Of a stretch of 64,000 bases of DNA, positions 27,994-40,425 are shown one piece after another. Both the position numbers and the translations under genes were made by a program. The DNA is taken from contig NC_089430.1 in assembly GCF_026210795.1 (NCBI RefSeq), forward strand, positions 3,162,001 through 3,226,000, in the 5' to 3' direction. This stretch comes from Rhizophagus irregularis. Lineage: Eukaryota. The notes under the pieces are model-generated. The model was given only the letters and a program-made list of their open reading frames with translations. It did no database searches and was not told the origin of the DNA. Every line of letters starts with the position of its first letter. Within the stretch, counting starts at the first letter, position 1.

Positions 27994-28801
27994 GATAAAA
28001 AAAGGAAAGCAAAGAATTTATAATGTAATTAAGAGGTAAGAAAAGTTTTATAAAGGGGGGGGGGGGGAAAAAAAGAAACGAATTAATTACTTATATAAAT
28101 GTAAAAAACGAACAATGAATAAGATCACGTTATATGAATAATAAACAATAGAGATTAAAAAGGGATTTCGAGGGAAGAGGCAAATTCGGAGTGCGTCCGT
28201 TAAAAATGAAAGGGATTTGATTTATAAAAATCTCAAATTGTTTAAGTTTTTTCCGAAGATGAAAAAAAAAACAAGGAGATCAAAATAAAAAAATCAAATC
28301 GAATTATTTTAATCTGAAATTAAATTTTAAATCGTTAGACACACAAAGAATAGTAAATTATCTTCAATAATTTAACTTGCGGAATAGTCGAAAATGACGA
28401 AAGGGAATCAAGGATTCACGAATGAGGTTAAGTTCATTAAACCAAAATCGTAACCACTAGAGATGATTTTTTATTGAAAATAGAGGAGGTTTTATATTAT
28501 TATAAATCCAGGATATAAATATGTACCTATTGTAAAAATAATTTTAAATTAATTGAAATAATTGTGCAGATTTTTTTTGATTTATAATAATTAAAATAAA
28601 AAAAGAAAGAAAAAAATGGAAAGATAATTATTTATTTATTGATTTCGCATGTACAGCGTTTAGCATTTCTTAATTTTTTTTTTTCCTGCAAGGCACCGAT
28701 ACTTAAGTGCTAACCTGTTTTTTATCTGAAAGCTTCTTTCTGATATGACCAACGTTCAAATATCAAATAAAAATAATCATCCTATTTTATGCATAAATAA
28801 A

Positions 28802-28812
28802 ATATATATATG

Positions 28813-28844
<32 letters not shown>

Positions 28845-28918
28845 CACATAAGTATATATATATGTATTATATATATATATATATATATATTTATGTGTAT
28901 ATATATATATATAATATA
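28802..28918. repeat. (TA)n microsatellite
   Basis: Interrupted TA dinucleotide run upstream of the Myb gene. Confidence 0.9.
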
Positions 28919-29179
28919 TGAAAATATAAAAAAGGTGACAAGAAAAAAAACATTTTATAAATAGTTAGTTAATAAAGTAAAATTAATTGAATGAAAATAT
29001 TTAGGGGAGGAAAAAAAAAAGTAAAAAAAAAGAGGTAAATAAGTTTGGTATATAAAACACAATTTTGTTTAGTGCTTAGATGATATCATTTTTGCCAACT
29101 ATAATCATAAAAATAAAAATTCTTGTACATCGGTAAACAAACAATTATTTTATTTTATTTATTTTATTATATAAATTAT

Positions 29180-29252
29180 TAGTATTATAAATACTGAGTT
29201 ATTATAAATACTGAGTTATTATAAATACTGAGTATTATAAATACTGAGTTAT
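29180..29252. repeat. 16-17 bp tandem repeat (TTATTATAAATACTGAG) x4
   Basis: Read directly from the sequence. Confidence 0.9.
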
Positions 29253-30222
29253 AATATAAAAAAAAAATCTCATAATATCACACTATTTTTAAGTGATGAT
29301 CAAAAGATATGTTCGATCACGTAATCTTAAGAATAATAAAATTAAGTTATGAAAAAAAAAAAAACCAGGTAAAGACGAATTGTTCGCTTTCGCAATTTTA
29401 AATCTGAGATTTAATATTCTTTATCTGATAACTCGTCATACATGCATTTAAAAAATAACGAATCAATAATAATATTTTCGGCTTAACAAAAAATTTAACG
29501 GAGAAATAACGTTAATATAAAACATGTTAAAAAAAAATTAAAATAAATAAAAACACGTTTACATTCCTTAAAACACAATGTACTGTACGTCTTATTTATT
29601 ATTATTTACATTACAATGTGTTAATATCCGATTTGTCAAATGATTATATAATGTTATAATATTTAAATTTTCAATTCTTTTTATTGGTTTTACTTTTTGA
29701 TTTTCTCCTTAAATTATTACTGCTTTTTATTTTTTTATTTTTTTATCCCATCCCATTTTTAATTAATAAACCAAAGGGGGGATCTTTTGATGATGTCAAA
29801 ATCGAATTATTTATTAATTAGTACAAACAAGGTAAACAAATCATAATAGAAATAACACAATAGGTTTTTCATTATTTCTAAATAATAATCGAATGATGAT
29901 TTTTTTTTTAAAATACTTCAATGGTTTTTATTAAAAATTAATAATCGTTATTATTAATTTATAATTATAGTTTTTATTATGGCACAAAAAAAAATTTTTC
30001 AATTGCTTTCCTGTAAATGGATAACTGAGAAACCGCGATTTTTTTGAGAGATTCTAGAAATCTAAAAATTTCTCATTAAAAAAATAAGATGCAGATTATA
30101 AATAATAAGTATATTACAAACAAAAAACCAAATCAAGAACTAACTTTGGATTACATATTATATTCAATTAGTGGTACCGTGTCCTTCTCCATGGACCCAA
30201 AATTATTATTTATTTATTTATT

Positions 30223-30258
<36 letters not shown>

Positions 30259-32598
30259 TATTTTTGGCGTTTGTCAGATCATTACCTTAATGACATAATT
30301 TCATAATTTTTGGATATTCAAAAAAAAAAAAATACTTTTTATTGATAATCTCCTTGTTCAAAATTGTGTACAATTTTCAAATGGAATCGCGTGTTATATA
30401 AAATCCCGTATTCTTGGGATGTTCATAATCAAATTATATGAATCTTATTTATTTGCCTAACTACCATATTAATTTATATGAATTATTTATGTTTCATATT
30501 TCAAACAAAAGGATTTTATGCATGTGTCACATTTTTTTTTTTTAAAAAAAAAATCAATGTTTTTTTTTTTGTTTTTTTTTTTATACAGCAAAAAAAAAAA
30601 CCAATACAAATTAGTTATGTTAGTTAAATTAAAAAAGAAGGGACGCGAGCGTGGCTATTCATCATGTGTTACAGGAAAAATTTTTTGTTCACGTGTCATA
30701 AATTTTTATTTTTAATTTAGGCCGTAAATCTGTTTGTAAATCTATGAAATCATCAGATTTTGGAAAACGTTGTCACCCTATTAAATTTATTATACACAAT
30801 GTGAAATGTTTTCCCATTGTAATTAAATTCTCGATTTTTTGGTTTCACATATATAAACTTAATTCCCAATGTTAATATTAAAAAAAAAAATTTTTATTGG
30901 TTAATAATAATGTTTGGCTGAGGGACAATATCCCCCCCCCTTTTTATAGAGATCTCACATTTTATTTATATAAAATTATAATGTATATGTATAAAAAAAA
31001 AAGAAGGTAATTAAAATAAGGGGCTCATTTTTTTGTGATTTTTACGAAAATCTCATGTGAAGAAAAAAAATATATATATAAATAGGTTGATTTATGCATT
31101 ATCGGAACTAATGGTTATTATTGGTTAATCAATTGTCATTATGATCATTATATCGTCCACTTCCGTGCTTTCCCATTTATTTCTACATTGTTTTTTTTAC
31201 CGGAAAATTTTTTTTTTTTTTTTATAATCACGTGAACTTTATAACAAAAATTAATGAACTCAAAACTCAATAATCCCCGGTTTATTTATTTATTTATTTT
31301 TATTTTTTTTTTGATGAGAAAATTTAAATAAAAAAGAATTAAATATTTTATCCGTATTCCTTTTCTCAAATCTAACCATCTTATAACAAAGTTACAAACC
31401 TATTTTCTTGTTCCCTTTTGATTCTTCTTATATTACTTATGTAAGATATTACATGTGATCTTAAATTTTATTTCTTTTTAAAACTAAAAATTCATAGAAC
31501 GATTTAAATATCCCTTTGAGAAGTTTATCTTTTCGAATGAAAACGGTTTCATATATTTTGGATGGGTAACTGTTTATATATACATTTCCAATGACACTTA
31601 ATAACGGAATTTTGTAACATTTATTTTGTTTTATTTTATTTTCCATGAAACTCTTAAATAAATCTATGGCGTTTTTTCCTGTAAACCTAATCAAGAATTT
31701 CAATATCATCGAAACTTAAATTATTATAAATTCTCATGTTCACGTGATCCGTTTAAAAATACTGTTTTAGTCCTCATTGGATATATTCATAATCATAATT
31801 TTCATATTTCGTAATGCATTGACATGAGATTAAGTTTCAAAATATTGGCGAGAAAAACTAGAAATCCGCCAGTATCGTTTATCATCACTATTTTAATAAC
31901 AATGTTTCCTTTGTTTCTTTTGTGGATAATTTCATCAATTTTACCATTGTTCGAGAAGTTTCGAACAATTAAATTATTTAATAGTTGCGCACGAACCATT
32001 CTTGTACCACTATTTATAATGCAAGTGATCAAAATATGATATTTTTATCATGTGAAATGAACAATGACATTTGGGAATTACAGATTCCCGACAATATAAT
32101 ATATAAAAAATATATTTGGGTCAACTTTTTTAACTGTTAAAGTTAAATTTAATCCTGTTTGAGAACATCAAATTGAACTAATCTATCCTCTTCATGAAAC
32201 ATTCAGTGAAACTCGTAATTAAACATGAAATTAAATAATGTATCAAATCTTTTGTTTTAACTTTAATGTTTAAAATTTTTAAAAAAAAGTAAATCTCGTG
32301 TTTAGTTGGTTTAAATTTGACAATGTATTTAGTATACAGCATGTTTCATATATATTCCGCATCAAACTGTACGTTTTTATGCTAATGTGATTTTTTATAT
32401 ATTTATTTTTTACCTATTTTAATTTCAATCCAAAAATTTTTCCTCCCAATTAATAATAGTACAAAATGTATGAGAAAATTTAATAATTTTAGTCATAATT
32501 CTAATAAATTCTGGTATTTTCTCCTTCTAAATTATTGATGTATCAAGTATAAAACTGGTTTTGATTTGTTTCATATACTTTTTTATACTTTTTATAGA

Positions 32599-32731
32599 CA
32601 TATCGGCTGATTGGAAAAATCAAGCCAATTAATATTTAAGCTCAGTTGATGGGTTCATTATATAACTGATGGGTTACTTATTGTCATTTAGCATATAAAA
32701 TTATGGGAGGCTTTTCTGATCAGCCGATATG
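32599..32731. repeat. Small inverted-repeat element
   Basis: CATATCGGCTGATTGGAAAA ... TTTTCTGATCAGCCGATATG. Confidence 0.55.
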
Positions 32732-33434
32732 ATTAATAAATTAATAATTTGAACCTGTTGTATTATATAAATTTGTCAAATATAAAGTAACACATATATA
32801 TGACATGATTTTTACATCAAAAACTAAACCAATTTAATTATTTGTTTTACATTTAATACTTTATATAATAAATTATATTTCAATAATAATTTTGGCCAAA
32901 ATTATTAAATCTAATGACTTTTTTACCTTCTTTTAAAATATAATATTGTTAATTAAATTAATTTAATTTAAATAAATTATTTAATCATTATTTATATTAA
33001 AATTATATATTAAAATTATATATTATATAAATAATTTTTTTTTTTATAAAATATGCAGTATTAAGAAATTTCATGCAATCTAAAATTCTAAATTAGTAAA
33101 ATTCTAAATTAGTAAAATTCTAAATTAGTAAAATTAAAATTAAACTATTTAATTTAAAAATTAAAATAATTTGATTTAATTAATTTTAATTTAATTTTAA
33201 TTAAACTTATACTAATTTATAAATAGTAAAATTAAAAAAAATAAGTACTAATATATAAGAAATTAATATATTTTTTATTTTTATTTTTTTTTCATTAAAA
33301 TTAATTAAATTTTTGGAAATTTATATTTAAAATATTTATATACAAAATATACAAATTATTTTTTTATCTATTATTTTTTTTTTTATAAAAAATAAACAAA
33401 AATGATTTTTTTAATAAAATTTAAATAGTATATA

Positions 33435-34366
33435 CATTACTTGGACAAAAGTAGGCAGAATTCTATTATGTTAATTTCTCAACAATTGCACATAATAACA
33501 ATGCTTGAAATTTTAATATGTAATAACATAGATTTTGAAGAACATAATATCAAAATTTTAGATTTCTAGCCTTCATACAACTTTCTTAATTAGAAAGAAC
33601 TTAAAACAAAAATTTGATAATTAACTATATATAAAAGTGAGTAAAGTGAGAAAATAGTCCAATACTGTCAGTTTATTTAGAATTGTACATAGAAATGATA
33701 TCTGAAATTTTAATTTGTGGCTGTATAGAGTTTTGGTTAATGTATATACACGAAATTTCTTTTTTTTAGTTTTTATTTTTATACGAATTATGAAAAAATC
33801 AAAGAAAATTAATTTTAAAAACAACAGTGCTATACTTTCACATTTTCTTAAAATTATGCATAATAAAATATTTATATTTTTTTTTGTATTGTAAAAAATA
33901 TAGTTTAGAAAATAAATATATGAATTTTTATATTTTTGTCTTTTCTAAAAAATAACAAATTAACAATATCATTAAAAATCCACATTTTTTTTAATTTAAC
34001 GATCAATCAGAAATTTTTAAATTTTTTTCATCAATACAGCTGTATGAAAGTTAGAAGTATAAAATTTAATATTATGTCATTTAAAATCTATGTTATTACA
34101 TATTAAAATTTTAAGCATTATTAATATGTGCAATTTTGAGCAATTAACAAACATAAAGAGACTGCTACTTTCATTCAACTAATATAACAATTATCAAAGT
34201 TCTTTTTTTAATTAATACAGTTGTATGAAAGTTAGAAACATGAAAATTTGGTATTATATTCTTAAAAACCTATATTAATACATATTAAAATTTCAAGTAT
34301 TATTAATATGTGCAATTTTGAGTAATTAACAAAAATAGGCTTTCGCCTACTTTTGTCCAAGTAGTG
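33435..34366. mobile_element. Tc1-like non-autonomous element
   Basis: TA|CATTACTTGGACAAAAGTAGGC ... GCCTACTTTTGTCCAAGTAGTG|TA, with long subterminal inverted arms duplicated on the right. Confidence 0.85.
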
Positions 34367-34593
34367 TATTATATACAATTAAAATGTGATCTGTAAAATT
34401 TAAATAAAAAAAAATTAAATATGATCCAGTAATTAGATTTTAATAATTATTTTATAATTATTAATAATAGCTTTTTCAAAATAAAAAAAAAAATTCAAAA
34501 TTAAATTAATAAACTATAAAATAATCACAAATAAATAAATTTTAAATTTCAAATTTAATTATATTCTAAAAAAAAGTTTTTTACTATTTATTA

Positions 34594-34757
34594 GGGTACT
34601 GTTAGATATTACCTAATATTTTAGGGAGAGGAGGGTAAATAAAGATCTTAGATTACATATAATACTATATAAGGAATTATATATAACATATCTTACCTAG
34701 GGGAGGGGAGGTAAGCTCTTATATTAAAGTGATATTAGGTAATATTTGACAGTGCCC
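34594..34757. mobile_element. PIF/Harbinger-like MITE
   Basis: TTA|GGGTACTGTTAGATATTACCTAATAT ... ATATTAGGTAATATTTGACAGTGCCC|TTA. Confidence 0.8.
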
Positions 34758-36058
34758 TTAAATATTTTATAATTTTATACTAGTTTAATTTCAAATATAT
34801 TTTCTTATTTTAAATAAAATATCAAATACTATAAAATAACTAGATTATAAAATAATATATTTAATTATTTATTTAATTTTTTTTAAAATTTATATAGTAA
34901 ATTATATTAATTTTTGGTAAATCATATTTAAACTAATAAGAAGTATATTAGAAATTAGCTGATTTAAAAGAAAGTGAAGAAGTTAAACTTCAAATTAGAT
35001 ATATATATTACATAACATTTATATATATTAAATATTTTTTAAATATTATACTTAAAGAAAATAATAATCTTTATTTAAGAAGAATTTACATGAAATTATA
35101 TTATATGGGCGGATTTGATTCATCTGCAATATCACATGTTATTGCTAAGCCACCTTAATTAAAAATCATTCAAAATAATTCTTCACTATAACAGAATAAA
35201 GATAAAAACTAAAAAGTATTGAAAAAGCAAATTTTAACTTCCTTCAATATATATCTCTAAAAATATCTTTATAAACAGAAAACTACAAAAAAAAAGAAGT
35301 TAAAACAAAATTTTTTTAAGAAAAAAATAGAAACAGAAAAAACAGCAAAAAAAAAAAAAACTATTTATTATAACTATTCATACAACTTAAAAAATGACTT
35401 ACTATAAGTTGGATGGATTGATAATTATGTTAAATGGGTTTAATGTTATGATCCAGATGGATTCATCATCCATTTAATCTGATCCATAAATAAATGGATG
35501 ATCTGGATGACCATTCGAATGAATTTCAATATAAAAATCTGGATAACCAATCCATGAATAACGAATGATCTGGATAATCATTTAAATAGATCCGTTACTA
35601 TAAAATAGTACTAATTAAACAGATGGATCTGGATTTATATACAGAAATAGCAGATGATGAATTATTCGTATTTTCATCTGGATTATACTTCTCCGCTAAT
35701 TAATTACGTCGTATTTTGACGAACAGACCAATTCACTATTTATTATAAAATTACTATGAATTAATTACGTCTGTCAAAATACATTACATCTATCAAAATA
35801 AATTTAATTAGTATTTTATCATTTTAACAAAAAGTATAATCTGGATCTAATCCAGATAATTTCAAATCAGATAAATTTGCGGATTGGTGAATTGATAGAT
35901 CAACTGATTGCAACACTAAATGGGTTGAATCAGGTTTTTATACTAAGTTGTTTTTTGTTTTAATGTAAAGTAAAATCAAAAAAATTTTTAATTGATCTGC
36001 AAATTTACCTAATATTTAACCCTGTGTATACTAATCAATTTGATATTATATAATAAAT

Positions 36059-36446
36059 GGGCGGACTTATAGCAAAAGGTGGGGCTCAGACAATCACGTG
36101 ATTTTGAAAAAAATTAAACTTTAATATTATTGGTTAATTTAATAAATTATAATTTATTTCATTATTTTTAAAGATTTTTAAAATCAATTTTTTGCAAACT
36201 AGAGTAAATTTTTGCAAGGAATTCATTAAAAGCATTAGTTTTTTTCTAAAGCATCTATATTATTTGTTAAATGCAATAATAGAAAAATACAAAATTTGCA
36301 AATTCTTAAATAAAAAATTTTTTTATTAATATATTTATAAACAAAATTTTTTTTTTTCTGAAAGGTTAAATAAAGTAATATATAATTAAAATAAAATTTC
36401 AAAAAAAAAATTTTGGCCAAGCTCCCCTTTTGCTACAAGTCCGCCC
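36059..36446. mobile_element. MITE with 4-bp TSD (Sola-like)
   Basis: AAAT|GGGCGGACTTATAGCAAAAGG ... CCTTTTGCTACAAGTCCGCCC|AAAT. The superfamily is inferred from TSD length and termini only. Confidence 0.7.
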
Positions 36447-36603
36447 AAATATTTTATTAAGTAAAATCAAAATATTTTTTATATAATAATTCATGGATAT
36501 TGTACGGTGTTATATTTATATTATCATACAGCTAATGCAGTAAACTATCAATATTTAATATTATACGTAAATAAACTATTGATATTTAATATTGTATGCA
36601 AAT

Positions 36604-37855
36604 TAAAGTTCTAAATGATCCAGATTGATATCCGGGTTGGAGAGTAACCTGGGATTGGACTGAAAAATTAGTTCATTTTGGTCCAGTTCGGTTTATATTA
36701 AAAGGAGAATCTGGGACCAGACTGAACCGAACCAGTTATTTTAATCCAGTCTAGTCTGGTCCTATAATAAAAAATGTTGCGAAAACGTTTTTTTAATTAT
36801 AATTACTTAGAAAAAATGTTTTGCAAACATTTTTTTATAATAATATATTAAAAAAATGTTATGCAACATTTTTTTGTTAAGTTAATTAAAAAATGGTGCG
36901 CAAACGTTTTTTTTAATTAAATATACCAAGAAAAAACGTTTTACAACGTTTTTTTAATTAAATATATTAAGAAAAAACGTTTTGCAACGTTTTTTTCGTT
37001 AAGTTAATTAAAAAAATATTGCACAAACATTTTTTTAATTAAATATACTAAGAAAAAACGTTTCGCAACATTTTTTCTTTAAATTAATTAAAAAAACATT
37101 GCGCAAACATTTTTTTATAATAATATATTAAAAAAACATTACGCAACGTTTTTTCGTTAAGTTAATTAAAAAAATGTTGCGCAAACGTTTTTTATAATAA
37201 TATATTAAAAAAATGTTACGCAACATTTTTTTGTTAAGTTAATTAAAAAAATGTTGCGCAAATATTTTTTTATAATAATATATTAAAAAAACATTACGCA
37301 ACGTTTTTTCGTTAAGTTAATTAACAAAATGTTGCACAAACGTTTTTTTTAATTAAATATACTAAGAAAAAACATTTCGCAACATTTTTCTTTAAATTAA
37401 TTAAAAAAACGTTGCACAAACATTTTTTTATAATAATATATTAAAAAACATTACGCAACATTTTTTCGTTAAGTTAATTAAAAAAACATTGCGCAAACGT
37501 TTTTTTTAATTAAATATACTAAGAAAAAATGTTTCACAACGTTTTTTCTTTAAATTAATTAAAAAAATGTTGTGCAAACGTTTTTTTTATAATAATATGT
37601 TAAAAAAAACATTATACAACGTTTTTTATTTAATAATTAAATAATCGCAATGGTTTTAATATAAACTATTGCGAAAATATTTATCAGTTCAGTCTGGTCC
37701 CAACCCGTTTAATTCAGTCCAGGTTAGATTTATAATCTGAAACTGGACTGGACCGGACCGAATATTTTGGTCCAGATTGAAGCATCAACTCAGACTGGAC
37801 CAATCCGAATTTCAGTCCAGGTTGTCAGATTAGGACCAACCCGATTAGAGCTTTA
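36604..37855. mobile_element. hAT-like non-autonomous element with internal palindromic minisatellite
   Basis: TAAAGTTCTA...TAGAGCTTTA termini and GGACTG/CAGTCC subterminal repeats. About 36770-37680 is an array of ~40-bp AAAAAACGTTGCGCAAACGTTTTTT units. Confidence 0.75.
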
Positions 37856-39407
37856 ACGTAAATAAACTATTGATATCAATATTATACAATAATAAAAATA
37901 TCGGTCAAATAAAATCAGCATGATCCTATAGGGCCATATGATAAAATATTTTAAAAAATGTTTTTACAATATTTTTTATTGGGTATTACTACTTGATAAT
38001 TTATCATCATAATAATCCTATTATATGATTTAATAAAATTTTTTGATTGACTAATTTTATGAAAATTTTTATTATTTTTTTTTTTAAAAAAAAAAAATTT
38101 AAAACTTAACCAAATTGACTTTTTTTTATAAGATATAACCATTTTATGATTATAATTTGATAATCCAACTTTTATTATTTTTTTTCAAAAATTTTATATA
38201 AATTTTTTCAATTTTTAAAAAATTCTCATCCCAATATAGTAATAATAAAAAAATTTTTTTTTTAAAACTTAATAAAAATTGATTCAACTGGAATATAAAA
38301 ACTATTTTTATCACTTTATGTTGCTCAATCTAATTTTATTTGAATTTTTTAAATAAAAAAAACAAATAAATGAAATAAGAAAAAGAAAAAAGAAAAAAGA
38401 AGCAAAAGAAGAAGAAATAAAAGAAAAGGAAAAAAAAAATAAAGAAAAATAAAAAACAAAAGTATAAAAAATAAGAAATATAAAGTAAACAAAATAAAAT
38501 AAAAAATGAAATATAAAATAGGATAGTAAATTACAAAATGGAATGGAAAAACAAAATAGAATATAAAGTAAAGAACAAAATGAAGCATAAAGTAAAGAAC
38601 AAAATGAAATGTAAAGTAAAAAATGAAATAAAATATAAAATAAAAAACAAAATGGAATGTGAAGTAAAGGATGTAAAGTAAAAAACAGAAGAATGAAAAA
38701 TAAAAGAAGGAAAAAAGGAAATAAAATAAAAAACAAAATAAGAATAAAGAATAAAAGAAAGAATTAAGATTATTAGTATAGTGAAATAAAGAGTAAAAAA
38801 ATAAAAATTAAAACTAATCTCTAAAAAACATCTTTATTTTGTTTTTAAAATCAAAAAAATAATAAAATATTAGTATAAACTCTAGTGAAAAAAATGGCAG
38901 TTAATTTTTCTGATATCATAAATGTAATTTATAGTAAAATGTGAATTTTTTTTTTCTAAAAGAGAAATAGAAAATACATATATTTCATTATTTAAATAAT
39001 ATTTGATATGATCATCTTCCTATATCTTTTTTTTTTTTTTTTAATGATTTATATATACTTTATTGATATGTAGTTTATATACCATACAAACAAATTATCA
39101 TAAGCTATATCCACCCAGTAAAATGCAATTATCAAAATATAGATAAGAATAAATATAAAATAAAAATAATTAGTATTATGTCTATTAACTATAGAATAAA
39201 AATAATTAATATTATGTCTGTTAATTATATTATAGTAATTATTATTATTATTATTATTATTATTTTTATTTTTTCACTTTTTCTCTTCAAATTTGGTAAA
39301 TTTATATAAACCCAAATTAAAATTAATTATACTGTTGCTAAATCAATTATAACATTGTTAACAACCTTTTTTGTTTTTTTATAAGCCCAACTAAACTACC
39401 AGTTATA

Positions 39408-39576
39408 CATACCACCCAAATTATTTTGGACTGCCGTAATTATAAGTAAAATCCCAAATTCAATTATGGCATCCCAAATTATTTTGGCACTTTACATAGT
39501 AAATTATATATAAACCGAATGAATTATGGCATCACAAATTATAATTATGGTATCCCAAAATAATTTGGGCAGCATG
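39408..39576. mobile_element. Short TA-flanked MITE
   Basis: CATACCACCCAAATTATTTTGG ... CCAAAATAATTTGGGCAGCATG. Confidence 0.7.
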
Positions 39577-39916
39577 TATACTACCAGTTGTTATTAATTA
39601 GTACACATATTTGATCTTGAGCCTTTTTTTCCATTCTGTAACATTTTGATAATATGAGATTTTCATCTTTTAAGTTTTCAGGTTGTATTGAATCCAATTC
39701 AAATGAAGTATCACCAAGCTATACATGAAGTTAAAATTAAAGCCCAAAAGTAGAAATATTTCGACTTGGGAAGGTCAAAAGTCGAAATTAAAGTTAAAAT
39801 GGTTGAAATTACATCATAGTCATGTGATTTTTATAGTTATAATTTAATATAAAATTTTAAACATGAATAACTTCGTTAAATTTTAAAAAATAAAAATAAA
39901 AATAACTTCGTTAAAT

Positions 39917-40149
39917 AAACACTTGATTAACAGATGTCTTTTTATTGTCTGAGCCTTTATCAGTAGCGTAGTTTTACTGTTAGAGTAGTGTAGCCCAGAG
40001 AGTGAGGTCCTTTAAACATGATGTTAGATTTAGTTTACGGGGTTTTTAACCACAGCACTCTTAATTGTATAGTTATTCACTAGTAATAGTTGTTTACTTC
40101 TTTTATATACTTGTCATTGGTTACTCCTTTCTAAAATAAAATAAATAAG
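39917..40149 (+). mobile_element. 5'-truncated retroposed fragment (LINE/SINE 3' end)
   Basis: Absent from the sister MITE, ends in (AAAT)n, and is flanked by AATAAC(TT/TC)(C/T)GTTAA duplications. Confidence 0.7.
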
Positions 40150-40321
40150 AATAACTCTGTTAATATTGATGCTACAGATACAAAATATATCATTAGAATC
40201 CTCTCGATGAGTTGAATCTAACTGCATAAAGATCATAAAAATCGAATCACTGGATGTGAAGTTCGATAACTTTGAATTTTAATATTATTGTTTACTATAA
40301 AATCATATAACTATAATATAA

Positions 40322-40425
40322 CACAGGTCGAAAAGTGAAAAATCAGGCATCAGTCACCAATCAGTCACCAATCAGTCACCAATCAGTTACCGATTGGTGC
40401 CGTATTTTTCACTTTTTGACCTGTG
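40322..40425. mobile_element. Minimal 104-bp CACAGG...CCTGTG MITE
   Basis: Same termini as 1252-1716. The empty site in the 10022 copy shows a 3-bp TAA TSD. Confidence 0.88.

Noticed and set aside
38311..38736. F/L/I-rich membrane-protein-like ORFs
   Set aside because: They are translations of an A-rich low-complexity tract. The same applies to the short ORFs at 30089, 30518, 33621, 36235 and 37951.
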